The notes under the pieces: generated by a model
Seen by the model: the letters and a program-made list of their open reading frames with translations, nothing else
Databases searched by the model: none
Told to the model about the DNA's origin: nothing
DNA from: Lama glama
Lineage: Eukaryota
DNA: 64,000 nt
Direction of reading: 5' to 3'
Assembly: GCA_028534125.1 (NCBI GenBank)
Contig: CM052818.1
Location: 46,130,001-46,194,000 of the forward strand
Position numbers and translations under genes: made by a program
Shown: positions 1 through 13,080 of the stretch, one piece after another
How positions within the stretch are numbered: the first letter of the stretch is position 1
How the letters are laid out: each line of letters starts with the position of its first letter

Positions 1-262
1 TTTCATTGCTCTTGGATATAGAACACACTGGGAATGGAATTGCTGTCATATGGTGCCTCTGTTTGTAACCTTTTAAGGAACCACCAGACAGTTTCCCACA
101 GTGGCTATACTTCATATTCTCACTGTTTCACATTTACTGCGTTTTACATTCCACGTCCCATTCTTACTGGCAGGAGATGAGGGTTTCTCCACATCCTTGC
201 CAACACTTGTTATATGTCTTTTTGATTACAGCCGTCCTTGTGGGTATGAAGTGATTTTCATT
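1..262 (-). mobile_element. Old L1 fragment
   Basis: ggaattgctgtgtcatatgg...ttaaggaaccaccagacagtttcccacagtggct...ccacatccttgccaacactt is the typical antisense L1 ORF2 3' region. Confidence 0.7.
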
Positions 263-995
263 TCCAGGATGGATGTGGAGATACATACATATATCCACAT
301 GGCCTTTCTTGTACAAGCTGCCTGGTTCTGATGAGACCAGAGAAGAACTTTGTTTTGAAAAAGATAGCCACATCCTCTTGTCTTGGGTAATCTTGCCAGT
401 ATGTTAGTGCTGATTTACTGTGGCCACACAATGTATGAGTGAAGATTTAAAAAAACAAAAAGAGGCTTTCTCTGAAATCAGTAAGTTTTAGGCATATCGT
501 TGCAGTTTTTCAGGTTTCTCTCATGAAAATGTGTGTGTTCTTTCCTGTGCATAAACTCTATCATGGCAAAAAGATGTTAAGGAAATGAGAATGAAAATCC
601 CATGAGAATACTGTCTTGTCTAAATTTGATTCCTAATATGTTCATCACCTAGAACGGTGCCAGCATACAGTAGGTGCTACATAAGTATTTTTGAATGAAT
701 GAACAGAAAAGGATATGCATTTCCTCTTCTGGATCTTCTAAAAGATTTTATAACTTGTGAAAATAAGGCTTTTTTCATATACAGATAAAATCAGAGAGTG
801 AATAACCCATGTACTTATTTACCAGCATAGATACTCTGATAAAAATTGAAATGATTTATTTTCAGTAAAATGACTAGTTAGTTTACTTAACCTGGAAATG
901 AATGTTACCTAAAAACAAGGAAAGGGCGTTGTAAGAATTTCATGTTTAGAAATTTTTATATTTTCAATCTCAGTTTTATTTGTTTTCTATTTTAG

Positions 996-1164
996 CCACT
1001 TTGGAGACTAATTAATGATACTAAAGACAAAAGAATGTTAGTTTATAAATCTGAAGATATCAAGAATGTTTCCCGTTTGCAGTCTCCAAAAGTGTGTGGT
1101 TATATAAAGGCGAATAATGAAGAGTTGCTTCCAAAAGGGCTGGTAGACAGAGAGCCGCCTCATG
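996..1164 (+). CDS. ADAM17: ADAM17 exon 5 (prodomain, cysteine-switch region)
   Basis: tttag|CCACTT...CATG|gtaag, 169 bp; [56 protein letters not shown] matches the ADAM17 prodomain (PKVCGY). Confidence 0.96.
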
Positions 1165-1384
1165 GTAAGACTAAAAAAATGTATTTCAAATAAGAAACAA
1201 GCATAACAGCTGTCTTCACTTCAGTAGGGGTGGTTGTTAATTGATTAAAAAAAACATGATTATCAAGTAACTACAGTATTGAAAGTAGAGTTTTGTTCAG
1301 AAATTTCTTAAGTTAATTTTTTGTCTATAATGTACATATGAATAAATATATTAAAATAGATGAAACAAATGAATTAAAAATTGT

Positions 1385-1524
1385 TTTTTATTTGGAGGAG
1401 AGGTAAGTAGGCTTTTTTATTTTTAATTAGGTTTATTTATTTAATGGAGGTACTGGGGATTGAACCCAGGACCTCGTGCATGCTAATAAGCATGTGCTTT
1501 ACCACTGAGCTATACCCTCCCCCC
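1385..1524 (-). mobile_element. tRNA-Ala-derived camelid SINE (Vic-1-like)
   Basis: Reverse complement GGGGAGGGTATAGCTCAGTGGTAAAGCACATGCTT...GGTCCTGGGTTCAATCCCCAGTACCTCCATTAAA with A-rich tail. Confidence 0.85.
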
Positions 1525-1885
1525 AAAACAAACTAATTTTTAAATGTTTGATTATCTGGATATTTTTACCATTACTTGGGTTAATTTGTAAACTTCTTCT
1601 AGAAGAAAATGACACTTTCATAGCCCAGCAATAAATAGGTTATTGTTTTATTCTGATAAATACTTTTGCACTTTTCCTTGGTTTTGAATTATACAATTTC
1701 AAAACCTCATATTACTTTTTCACTTTTCTGTCTTACCCTAAATTGTTTTTTTGTTCAAGATACCGTTAAGGATACTGAGCTCAAATAATATTTGTTTCAA
1801 AAATATGTTAGATTTAAAATGTTACTATAAAAAACTCCTTGTTTTGATGAATTTTGATTTAATAGTGCATACAAATTCATATTAG

Positions 1886-2019
1886 AGCTTGTCCATCGGG
1901 TGAGGAGAAGAGCTGACCCTAATCCCATGAAGAACACGTGTAAATTACTGGTGGTAGCAGATCATCGCTTTTACAGATACATGGGCAGAGGGGAGGAGAG
2001 CACAACCACAAACTACCTG
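1886..2019 (+). CDS. ADAM17: ADAM17 exon 6 (furin site, start of catalytic domain)
   Basis: attag|AGCTTG...TACCTG|gtagg, 134 bp; (E)[44 protein letters not shown]. Confidence 0.97.
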
Positions 2020-3809
2020 GTAGGTGTTTGATGCTGGGTCAGGTATGGGACAAAGAAGTTCATGTCGATAGGCAAATTCCGTTTAAGAGAAGACTGCTAT
2101 CATTTGAAACATCATGAAATGAGATCTACTTCAGATGCTGTATGATTTCCTAGGATATTTGAGGACTGTCTGAGGTTCTTACATAATTGTATAGAGATTC
2201 TAGTTTCAAATTTCTGAAAACCCATTTTACCTTTCAACTAAGATCTTCTGCACATCAGAATTTTTATGTGGATTATGTTTAGGGAAAGTTCATAACGTAG
2301 GTCTCCTTTATACAGGTGAACTTTTGGAAAGCATCACTGCTGTAATGGCAGTGCTTCTGTTGGTGACACATGTGGATGTGTGCTCCGGAGTGGGGAAGGG
2401 GAGAAAGTATTTGTATGAGCCTCTGTGTATTATTTTTGCTTATGTGTATATATCAAAGAAGTTGGTCAGTTGGGTTTATGTCACATAAGATAGCTAGTTG
2501 TTGGAATATAACTGTGAAATGAGACTTTTGGGGTCACAACTAGAGGGCAGAGATTTGAAGGAAAGATTACAGAAGTATTGATGCTGGATTTTTAAGCATT
2601 TACTATTGTAATTTTAAAAGTCAAGGGATTCATATTTCATTGACATTTTTTTGTCAGCATGACCTCATTCCTCGTGATAACTTGGCACTGACCGTGGTGA
2701 TGTTGAAGGAATAAGAGAGAATGCAGCTATTCATTCGTAGTGTGGAGCCCGGCGCAGCAAAGGCGTCTTTCTCCTTGCCTTGCTGCTCCCATTCTGTGTT
2801 TTTTTCTCTCCCCTTCCTCACCCCTCTTTCCTGTCCTTTCCTTGTCAAGTGAGTTTATTATGAGGGTAGTAGGAGTTGTGTGTGAAGTCACTGTAGTTCT
2901 TGTTCCTAAGTAAGAAATTCTTTCCTGAAAAGCTTCTTTCTTAGTGTGGGTTTTGTACTAGGGGCTCTGAGTTTACTTCTTTGTTTATTACACCAAGAAT
3001 ATGAATACAGTGAGAAGTCTAGTCTCAAAAACAGCATTTCTTAGTCTCCCAGTTACTATAAGCAAAGAACAGTTTCTTAGACCTACAGTGTTGCCAGAAC
3101 AGTTGCCAGAACCTCATTTACCCAGTTTTTGAACAATAAAATGTTCTCTTTGAGGAAAAGATAGGTAATAAGCACTTTGTTATGTAGTTTGAGTTGTCCT
3201 CGTCTGTCACACTGCCCCTCCTCCCTCAGTGTCCTCTACCCACCTCACCCCCTCTGTCTCTCTGTACCTGGTCCTCAGGGCTGCACTTTGCACAGGGAGG
3301 GTCTGGGACAGGATTAGTTAGCAATAATCCTTGCTCTTTTCGTCTTTCCGAAGAAGGTGTTTCTTTTTTTCCTGTTTTGTTTGTTTGTTTGTTTGAGGTA
3401 CTTGGCAAGAGAGAATGAACAGAGTACTTCTTAGAAGGAAGTATTTTAGGTAATTTGATTGACTTTTAACTTTCATTTTTGTAATTGACTGGAACGGCAG
3501 GTTTTAAAAAGCCTGTTAACTTGATACTTTGGTTCTGTAGGCAGTTGATGACCTGAAATTTGGGATGAGCTGTATGTACCACTGCTTACTCTGGTAGCAA
3601 CACTTGAAGTTGGAGGCCAGGAATGATTTCTTTGTTAAGTTGTTAACGTAAAGAATTAACATCTTAATGCTAGTTTTTGTAATTGGTGAAACTTTTACAA
3701 TGGTGTTTTCTCTAAAATTTTCTTAAAAATCCCTACAGAACTTACATGACATTGCAAAGAGGTGCAAAGAGATACATAATGTCTTCCCCCCTCTCTCTCA
3801 TGCACACAG

Positions 3810-3899
3810 ATAGAGCTCATTGACAGAGTTGATGACATCTATCGAAACACCTCGTGGGACAACGCAGGCTTCAAAGGTTATGGAATACAGATAGAGCAG
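3810..3899 (+). CDS. ADAM17: ADAM17 exon 7
   Basis: acag|ATAGAG...GAGCAG|gtatt, 90 bp; [30 protein letters not shown]. Confidence 0.97.
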
Positions 3900-5738
3900 G
3901 TATTTATCATCGGACGCGGCTCACAGTGCTCAGCTAAGTTATGTGATGTAAACGTTCATCATTTGTATTCAAAACCCAGAAACCGATCTTCCGTTTTAAT
4001 CATGAATACTCTCAAATGCCGTTGATTTTTATCTGAGTAACTTAACAGTGTTTTTGATATTAATTCTATATAGATTATGAAATTTTCTGTTCTTTGGCTT
4101 GTTTTAGGCAGAAAGCCTTTCTATACTACCACAGTCCCTGTTTTTTCTGAATTCGTGCCTTTTTAAATCTCCTGTATTGTTTTATTTTTCTCTGATTATG
4201 CTTTATGTCTTCAGTTAGAATCCTAGCACATATTGTTGAATACTTAGAAAACTGACTTAAAAATACTGGGTACATTTGCATGGCGTTTGTACATAGAGAA
4301 CCATTAGGTCTCTTTTCCCCAAATCTCCTGAGTTCTTACCTGTTAGCAGAGTATGTCCAGCAATGAGGTACTTATGTCATCCTAAGTATAGCTCATAGTG
4401 AAGATTGTTCCAAATCGGTAAGACTGATTAGAAAGACTTCTGAAATTGGATATTGCTTTGGACAGACATTTTGTCATGGAAATTATTGTCTCTGTTTCTT
4501 CCAAGCTTTTTGTGCTCAGCTAGCCATGTTCTTACGGGTTCTGTAGTGCAGAATTTAGAGTAAAAGGGAAAAAAGCTTTTGAAACCATGCATCATACTTA
4601 CAAATGTTAAACTTTTATGGTACTTATATAAAGCTAAGAGAATTATTTCCCCCTTTTCCATTCTCTTTTACTGTTTTGCACTTTCTTTTTTAAGTTATTA
4701 TTTGAATAGGTAATATATACACATGGTACAAAAGCCAGTGAAAAGTAAGTCTCCTCAACCTCTGCCCATTGTCAAACCAGTTCCTTTCCCCAGAGACGTC
4801 ATGTCACTAGTTTCATCCATATCTTTCCAGAGTTATTTTATGCATGTGTAGCATGTGTGTGTATGTGTGTATTTGACATATTTGTGGTATGCTGTACTTT
4901 TTTGCATCTTGCTCTTTCATTTCATGAAAAACTCACTTGTTTAAAATAGCCGCATCATGTTTGAGTTTTAGGAGAACAATAAATCTCCTTTTTGCTCTAG
5001 AAATTTGGAACCAGTTGAAAAAAATAGATGTGATGGGTAATTACAATACCAGCTTTTTAAATGGTAATAGGTGGATTGGAGGATGTGGTTTAGATGTACA
5101 AAGTGGGCTGCCACCCAGTTCTTCCCAGTACTGGTCTTGATCACCCACCACCAGAGCTGGGGCGCCCACCCCAGTGAACTACCACGTGGTGGCAGAGCAG
5201 ACGGGAAGAGATTTCAACAACAGCTGAACTGAGCATGGCTTTGTTTCTTGTGCAGATTCGCCAGCCTGAGTGTTTCACCCTCTTTGGAGAGGAGGCTTTG
5301 TTCCCTTTTTAAAGTAGGATTCCTATGAGTGTGTATTATATGTACAAGGAAAAGCCCCTGTTCTTTATGCTCTTCTCCCTGTGGTGTGCAGTGATGGCCA
5401 CCCTGCTGTTCTGCATCTCTGAATCACTGACTACTGTTGGGATAAATGTTTCAGCTCATGAAACCCAGGTTGTCATTTTTTTCCCAACTAAATATAGAAG
5501 AAATGAAAATTTAGGAATACATTTACAAGTCATTCGTTGATACATGTTTTCCATTCCATATACTTCTCAGTGTGATTTTAAACATTGGATATTAGAGCTG
5601 AGGACTTTTATGGAATTTTGGCTCTAAAACTTTTTTTTATTTTTTAGAACGGTAGATGGTCTTTTTTAACAATGCAGTATTACTTCAGTCTTGTGACTTT
5701 TCTGAGGTGTTCTAAGTATTTTATCTCTTTAAGTATAG

Positions 5739-5852
5739 ATTCGCATTCTCAAGTCTCCACAAGAGGTAAAACCTGGTGAAAGGCACTACAACATGGCAAA
5801 AAGTTATCCAAATGAAGAAAAGGATGCTTGGGATGTGAAGATGTTGCTGGAG
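5739..5852 (+). CDS. ADAM17: ADAM17 exon 8
   Basis: atag|ATTCGC...CTGGAG|gtagg, 114 bp; [38 protein letters not shown]. Confidence 0.97.
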
Positions 5853-6469
5853 GTAGGTCGTGGAATCCTGGATGTGTTGTGGCTCATGTCTATTAATTAA
5901 TGAAGGGCCATATTAGAAAAGGTAATTGAAAACCAGGGGCAGCTCCAACAGCGACCTTGTCCCCCGTAGCAAGATAGATAGCCAGATGGGCAAAACTGAG
6001 AATGAAAAATGCTAGAAAGTGGTGCTTCTTAACCTTAATATTTTGGGGAATCTAATGAAGCAATGGAGCTTTGGAAAATAGATACTCAGTGTATACATTT
6101 TTTGCACACCATTTTGTTAGTTCAGGTCTCTTGAAATTTATTGGTAGAGCTCTTAGATCGGTAATTAACACATGTATCAGATGGTAGAAATACAACTTGG
6201 CGATCTGAAAGTCCTCTACAGGAATTTTTAATTTTTGTGTTTTTATTCTGGTAACAAATCTGAAGATAATTAACCTACACATTCTATGCCATACGGATTC
6301 TTGCCTTGACAAGATATGATTTATCCTTTTTTGTCACGTGATCTCAGTGTCTCAGTTTGTGGGTACTGTTGCTTTGCTGTAAAATGACTGTCTGTGAGGT
6401 GATAGTGTTGATCTTTTACTCTGTTGTTAATGTATTAATTTCCTGTGGCTGCTCTAACAAAATACCAAG

Positions 6470-6670
6470 CGGGGAGGGAATTAAGAGGTACAAACTATTA
6501 TGTATAAAATAAGCTACAAGGATGTATTATGCAACACAGGGAATGTAGCGAACCTTTTATAACTATAAATGAAGTGTAACCTTTAAAAATTGTGAATCAC
6601 TATATTGCGCACCTATAACTTATGTAATATTTGTACATCAACTATACTTCAATTTAAAAAAGTGTAAAAA
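6470..6670 (+). mobile_element. L1 3' end fragment
   Basis: gaggtacaaactattatgtataaaataagctacaaggatgtatt...tgtacatcaactatacttcaatttaaaaa. Confidence 0.8.
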
Positions 6671-6772
6671 AACTGCAGTCAATCATGTGGTACTGTTCTG
6701 GAATATTTGGTTGAAACATCTTTTAGTGTGATATATCTGTTAATCTAATTAAGAATATATATTTCTAAAAAG

Positions 6773-6917
6773 CAATTTAGCTTTGATATCGCTGAAGAAG
6801 CATCTAAAGTCTGCCTAGCACATCTTTTCACCTATCAAGATTTTGATATGGGAACTCTTGGATTAGCTTATGTTGGTTCTCCCAGAGCAAACAGTCATGG
6901 AGGTGTTTGTCCAAAGG
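6773..6917 (+). CDS. ADAM17: ADAM17 exon 9
   Basis: aaag|CAATTT...CCAAAGG|gtaagt, 145 bp; [48 protein letters not shown]. Confidence 0.96.
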
Positions 6918-7025
6918 GTAAGTTTTCTGTTTGTTGTGTGAATATGTAGGAATAGCAAGCTGATAAGATTATGTTGTAAATCTGTAATTGAATAAGCAAT
7001 TTGTCTCTGTTCCTTTTTCCTTTAG

Positions 7026-7114
7026 CTTATTATAGTCCAATTGGAAAGAAAAATATCTATTTGAATAGTGGTTTGACCAGCACAAAAAATTATGGTAAAA
7101 CCATTCTTACAAAG
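7026..7114 (+). CDS. ADAM17: ADAM17 exon 10
   Basis: tttag|CTTATT...ACAAAG|gtatgt, 89 bp; (A)[29 protein letters not shown]. Confidence 0.97.
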
Positions 7115-7369
7115 GTATGTTCTTTTAAATTTTACAAGGGTAGATTTTGAGCTTATTGTAAGACCTCAGCTGTTACAGATTTATAGGTATTTTTTAAAAT
7201 AGTAATACATACTGTTTTTTGTTTCTGTGTAAAAAAACATTTTTAGTGGGAAATACAAAAATAAAAGTAAAAAGAAGAAAATAATAGTTAACTGTCAAGC
7301 TTCTTTTGAGACCAATCGGGATTATTGTTTCTCCTGAAGACGTCCCTCCTGGAGCCCTTCATCTTGCAG

Positions 7370-8250
7370 GTCCTGATAGAGGACGGCTATCCACAGTGTA
7401 TAAGGAATATACTAAAAACTCAACAATAAAGAAAGAACAACCCAACTTTAAAGTAGCAAAAGATCTTAATAGTCACCTTGCCAAAGAAGTTACACAGGTG
7501 GCAAATAAGTATATGAAAAGATACTCAACATTATATGTTATTAGGGAATTGCAGATCAAAACAGCAGTGAGATACTAACATCACACAACTATTAGAATGG
7601 CTGAAATCCAAAATGCTGACACCACCAAATGCTGGTGAGGATGTGGAGCAACATGAACTCCCACACACTGCTGGTGGGAATGCAAAATGGTACAGACACA
7701 AAATGGCAGTTTCTTGTAAAACTAAATGTACTCTTACCATAGGATCCAGCAACCATAGTTGTTAGTATTTGCTCGCAGGAGCTGAAGACTTATGTTCTCA
7801 TAGAGACCTGTACATGGATGTTATAACAGCCTTATTAATAATTGTCAAGACTTGGAAGCAACCAAGATGTCTTTCAGTAGGTGAATGGTTAAACCAACTG
7901 ACACATCCAGACAGTGGAATACTATTCAGCACTAAAAAGGACCAATCATGTCATAAAAAGACATGGAGGGACCATAAGTGTATATTGCTAAGTAAAAGAA
8001 GCCAATCTGAAAAGGCTCCATCCTGTTTGATCCCATCTGTATGACATTCTGCAAAAGACAAACCATGGAGGCAGTAAAAACAGTGGTTGCCAGGAGTGGA
8101 CTGGGAATGAGTAGGCAGAGCACAGAGATTTTTCGGGTGTTGAAACTATTCCACATACTTTAATGATGGATATGAGACATTATGTGTTTGTCAAAACCCA
8201 TAGAAAGTATGACACAAAGAGTGAACCTTCATATAAATTTTGAACTTTGA
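7370..8250 (+). mobile_element. Old L1 (L1MC-like) ORF2 end / 3'UTR
   Basis: aaactcaacaataaa...caaatgctggtgaggatgtggagcaac...gctggtgggaatgcaaaatggtacag...tgtcaaaacccatagaa. Confidence 0.85.
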
Positions 8251-9356
8251 TTGGTTCAAAAGAAGTAAAATGGGATGAGAGAAGAAAAATACACCAGTTT
8301 TTGGAAAATTTTCCAGAATTGTTTTCTGTGCTGCTCCTTTACCTTTTTGGTATCACAGCATCATCAGTGGTTTGATTTAATGGCGTATCTTCCTTGGTCT
8401 TCCAAAATTTTTCTATTATAGGACACATAGGACAAAAAATAGATTGCTTTGATGTTTCTAAAGCATCAGTCTGTTAGAAAATCTTCTAATGAATTTTTCT
8501 GAAGCACAGTTTGGAATTACTTCTCCACATTGCACCTTCGGGATTTGCGTACTTTTTGCACAAAGTGTAAAGTTTTCTCTATGACCATTTTAATACAAAC
8601 ACTTGGAAAGCTTCAAGACATTAATTTTAGCGTTGCAACTATGTCTTAAAAAAATTCCAGTGTCTTGCAGAATACACGTAAATTTTTTCAGGTTCCATGG
8701 AGTGATTTTTTCCCCCCACTTAGGAAAAAAAATCAGTAATTAAATTTGTTATTTTATGCAGAGAAACATGGGAAAACTTTTAACTTTACTGGCTGAATTC
8801 ATCGTTACATTCAGATAGAAATCTGGTGATGGGATAGATTCAGTGCAGCCCTTTAACTGAATTCCGATAAATAAAATCCTCTAGATCATTAAGTCTGCCT
8901 TGGACGTGAATTCAGTCACTGAGATAAGGAGCATGGTTTTGTTGTTCTTCAGTTGTCTTGCTCCCCCCGCCCCAGCCCCTCATGCTAGATTTTAACGGGA
9001 GTGTGGTTGGGGTGAGGGGCAGGAGGCTTGACTGACTGACTGCAGTTCGCTATTTGGTTTATCACTGTTTGGAACGGCCAATGTTTGGTGCCTCATTAAG
9101 AGTGCTCCAGTATATCTTTTAAGTTATATTTTCTAAAGTTGATTTAATTCATCCTTATAATACTATTTAATAGTATTAAATAAAATCCTACATAGTCTGT
9201 TTAATTCCTGTAATTGATAGAAGAAACCATAGTCCAGCTGTTACTCTGTTTTGATCTGATTGATCAGGAGCCCATTTAAGACACCAGGACCCAACTGGCC
9301 AAAGCAGGTGATGGTTAGATGTTGGGAAATAATGTTTCCTCTGCCTGCTCCTTCAG

Positions 9357-9509
9357 GAAGCTGACCTAGTTACAACTCATGAACTGGGTCACAATTTTGG
9401 AGCAGAACACGATCCAGATGGTCTAGCGGAATGCGCCCCGAATGAGGACCAGGGAGGAAAATACGTTATGTATCCCATCGCTGTGAGTGGCGATCATGAG
9501 AACAATAAG
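9357..9509 (+). CDS. ADAM17: ADAM17 exon 11 (zinc-binding motif and Met-turn)
   Basis: tcag|GAAGCT...AATAAG|gtatgt, 153 bp; [51 protein letters not shown]; metzincin HExxHxxGxxHD at 9378-9413. Confidence 0.98.
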
Positions 9510-9539
9510 GTATGTATCTTTTGGTCCATTTACATGTTT

Positions 9540-9621
9540 CTTTTAATGGAGATACTGGGGCTTGAACCCAGGAGTTTGTGCATGCTAAGCATGCATTCTA
9601 CCACGGAGCTATACCCTCCCC
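9540..9621 (-). mobile_element. tRNA-Ala-derived camelid SINE (short copy)
   Basis: ttaatggagatactggggcttgaacccagg...catgctaagcatgcattctaccacggagctataccctcccc, about 30 nt after the ADAM17 exon 11 donor. Confidence 0.85.
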
Positions 9622-10299
9622 GCTTTTGGAGCTTCTTTGTGTGGTTAGGAAAGAAAGAGGCTACGTTTAATTATAAGGAGAGCTCGCAAAAGCTTTCCAT
9701 TCTAGGGATGGGACTGCTAGTTACCAGGTACCTTGAAACCTGGTTGTGTGTTTTAAAGTGAACCTGGTCCATCTACGTTAGTCATTTGGACTGTTTGTTA
9801 TCAAGGTTAAGCACGTGTCGGTTTGGGCTGTGTGGGAGATTAACTACTTAACGTTAACGGCCTGCACTGGAGCCTGGTTTGCAGGGTCGGGCGGGCTTAG
9901 GCTTTCAGTTGGAAACTTCCTGTCACTGCACTTACAAGTTGTCATTCACGTTAACTCCACATTGCTTTACAACTTGCATGTTTTAATAAACTTTTGTAAC
10001 AAAATACATAATTTGCCAGACCTGAGGGCGGGGCGCTTGCCTTTCTGGCTCATGGCTTTGCCTCCAGGGCCTGTTCGGGGTACCCGGCACGTAATAAATA
10101 TTTGTCGAGCAGATAAAGGAATAATTTACTATTGGTGGTATCTGATGGAGTACACTGCCCTTGTTGATTCGGGACATAGTAAATAGTTCCAGAGACTTTC
10201 CTAAGAGTGGCTGTGACTAATCTTAGAGTCTGAACTAAAAGTGTTCATAGATGCCTGGTACTTTTTCCTTTTACTTAAAGTGGAGCAGCACAGGGCAGC

Positions 10300-11012
10300 A
10301 AACAACACCAGCTTGGTTTAGCTCAGTTCTGACACTGTCTTCCTGGAGATAGCATCACATCCCACAGGTGAAGGGCTCAGTCCCACGAGACTGCCCTGCC
10401 ACGCTGCCCCCACCTGCACTTGAGATGCCAGTTGCAAATCTGGCTCATCGCCTGTGCTTTTAACCAACTGGCTATAGATTGGAGGTTCCAATGATCCCCT
10501 CCTTGGGCTCAGTTAGTTTGCTAGAGCAGCTCACAGAACTCAGGGAAACACATATTTACCAGTTAATGATGAAAGGGTACGATGCAGGATACAGATGAAC
10601 CCCCGGACGGAAGAGGTGCCAGCACGGGGCGTGTGGGAAGGGCGTGGAGCTTCCCTGCCCTCTGGGTGCGCCGCTGTCCTACAGCCCCACCTGTTCACCA
10701 ACCTGCAAGCTCTTTGAACCTTGTAGGTTTGGGATTTTTTGGAGGCTTCATCACATAGGCATGGTCAGTCATTAACTGTTTTTAGCCCTTGCCCCTTCGC
10801 AAGAGAATGGGAGGCAGGGCTGAAAATTCCAAGCTTCTCGTCGTGGCTTGGTATCTCCGGTGACCAGCCCCCATCCAGGAGTCACCCAGGGGCCCACTCA
10901 GAGTTGGCTCATTAGAACAAAAGACACTCCTGTCACCCAGGAAATTACAGGGGTTTTAGGAGCCCTGTGCCGGGAACCGGGGCCAGAGGCCAAGGTGTGC
11001 TCTGTATTATCT
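10300..11012. mobile_element. Solo LTR, MER21-like
   Basis: cccacaggtgaagggctcagtcccacgagactgccc...tttgctagagcagctcacagaactcagggaaacac...agaacaaaagacactcctgtcacccaggaaatt resembles the MER21 consensus as recalled. Confidence 0.7.
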
Positions 11013-11898
11013 CGTACGGGGCTTGGGCTCTCCGCCCCTCGGGGGTTTCATGGCTCTTGTCTCAGGTGGAAGGGAAGCCGTTTTGGCCACTTGCAGAGGC
11101 CGGAGACCCTTCCCCTGGAAAACCCACACCGAGTTTTCCCCAAGTCTCGTTCCGCTTTTCGTGATAATTTCAGATGATTGGGGAAATGGACTCTGTTTTA
11201 GAGCCCCTGGTAAAATACCCAAATTTAGAGGTCATTTCTGTGATTCTGTACCAAGTGGCCAAGCTAGGATTCAGGCTTCCTTTGAGATGCTGGTCAGCTG
11301 TAGAAACCTCAGAGAAACTTAAAATCTTGGGGACCCATGAAAACATTTAGGTAACAATTTGAAATTTACTCTTTTAATAGACTATTTGTAATTTGCCTCT
11401 TACTAAGCTCAACGATTTAAACACTTTAAACATGCATCATTGACACAATATTCAGGGAAAGAGAAAGAGGTAAACTGGAGCAGACCCTGTTCTGCAGGCT
11501 GGAGTTGTTATGTCCAGGAAGACGGCGGTGTGGGCCCAGTCTCACTGTCCCCATGGCGGGTTCTGTCTGAGCCCCGGGTGGCGCAGAGTCTGGTAGAGCC
11601 CACGACTCTCTGCTGACGCTGGACTGGCTGGGGTGTTTGGCCTCAGCATTTGTGTAGCTTACTTTCCTGTGAAAAATTTTAGGCTCTTACCCAAATTCAT
11701 ATCACCTATTTAGCATCCTGCACAGGGAGAGAACTCAGTTCCTTACAAGTGGCATTTCAGGTGACGGGGAAGCTGACGTACCTTCCAGGTGGTTCTGATT
11801 GTGGCTTTTACGTTGTTCCCTGAAGAAGAAATGCAGACAATACCTGGGAATGAATTTTTATGTTATTTTGGGTCCTATGTGGCCTTTTTTCTCCTAAG

Positions 11899-12098
11899 AT
11901 GTTTTCAAACTGCAGTAAACAGTCCATCTATAAGACCATTGAAAGTAAGTCCCAGGAGTGTTTCCAAGAACGCAGCAACAAAGTGTGCGGGAACTCCCGG
12001 GTGGACGAGGGAGAGGAGTGCGACCCTGGCATCATGTACCTGAACAACGACACCTGCTGCAACAGTGACTGCACGCTGAAGCCGGGCGTCCAGTGCAG
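11899..12098 (+). CDS. ADAM17: ADAM17 exon 12 (end of catalytic, start of disintegrin domain)
   Basis: taag|ATGTTT...CAGTGCAG|gtgccg, 200 bp; [66 protein letters not shown]. Confidence 0.97.
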
Positions 12099-12976
12099 GT
12101 GCCGCGCTGGGCGGGGGGGGGGGCACGCAGCTGGGGGCGGCGGAGGGAAATGCAGGGGCTTAGAATCAATTAGAGGGTGTGCGCGTGTGTGCGTGTGTTT
12201 ACCTCTCTTGCCCTTTATATCGAGAAGAATGTTTCTGGGAAGCAGTTTGACATGACACGAGAGAATCCTCAGTCTTGCATCCTCTTTGCTGTAGCGATGC
12301 CACAGTTCAAAGAACCTTTTCTAAGGAAACAGAGATGTACAAGACGATTTAACAAGGATGTTCATGGCTGCATTCTTTTATAATTGCAAAATATGGGAAA
12401 CAAAGTGACAGTCCTGGGATATAAATTAATTATTGCACATCTCTACAATAGTGGTGAAGAATACTGTTTAATCACATGCACTAAATGTGGAGGGAGCAGG
12501 TTTTAAGTTAGAAGGTACAATATTTCCATTTTTAATGTCTAGTGCCTGGCTTTGAAGTAGAGGGGAAAGCTTAAATCTGTTACTCACTATATACAGTTAT
12601 ACTATATACAGTACATATAAACATTGTAAATACTGTTGGGCAGTGGGGCCCTGGCTGCCTAGTTTCTTGACCACTGATTGATTTGTGGGCCTGTGTGTGT
12701 ATGTGTTTAAAAAATTACTGCATTAAGTTAATGAAAACCAAGGACATGGAGATGTTTTAAAGACGAGCCACTTTGGCCCACTGTGCTCTCAGTCCACGCC
12801 AGGAAGGGCAGGTGGACCGTGTGCAGGTGGAGCCAGCACCTGGGGTCTGATTGTGCAGGAGCGGACCCGGCCTGGAGCCCTTCCCCTGCGATCTTGGGGC
12901 CCTGCGACATGACCGTAGTCTTTGCTGTGGGGCTGCTGTTTGACTTGGACTGTCCCCGTCTGCTCTTCCTCTGCAG

Positions 12977-13080
12977 TGACAGGAACAGTCCCTGCTGTAA
13001 AAACTGTCAGTTCGAGACGGCCCAGAAGAAGTGCCAGGAGGCTATTAACGCTACTTGCAAAGGCGTGTCTTACTGCACAG
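12977..13080 (+). CDS. ADAM17: ADAM17 exon 13 (disintegrin)
   Basis: gcag|TGACAG...TGCACAG|gtatgg, 104 bp; (S)[34 protein letters not shown]. Confidence 0.97.

Noticed and set aside
7306..8156. ORFs with L1 ORF2-like peptides
   Set aside because: Degenerate fragments of an old L1 with frameshifts and stops, not host genes
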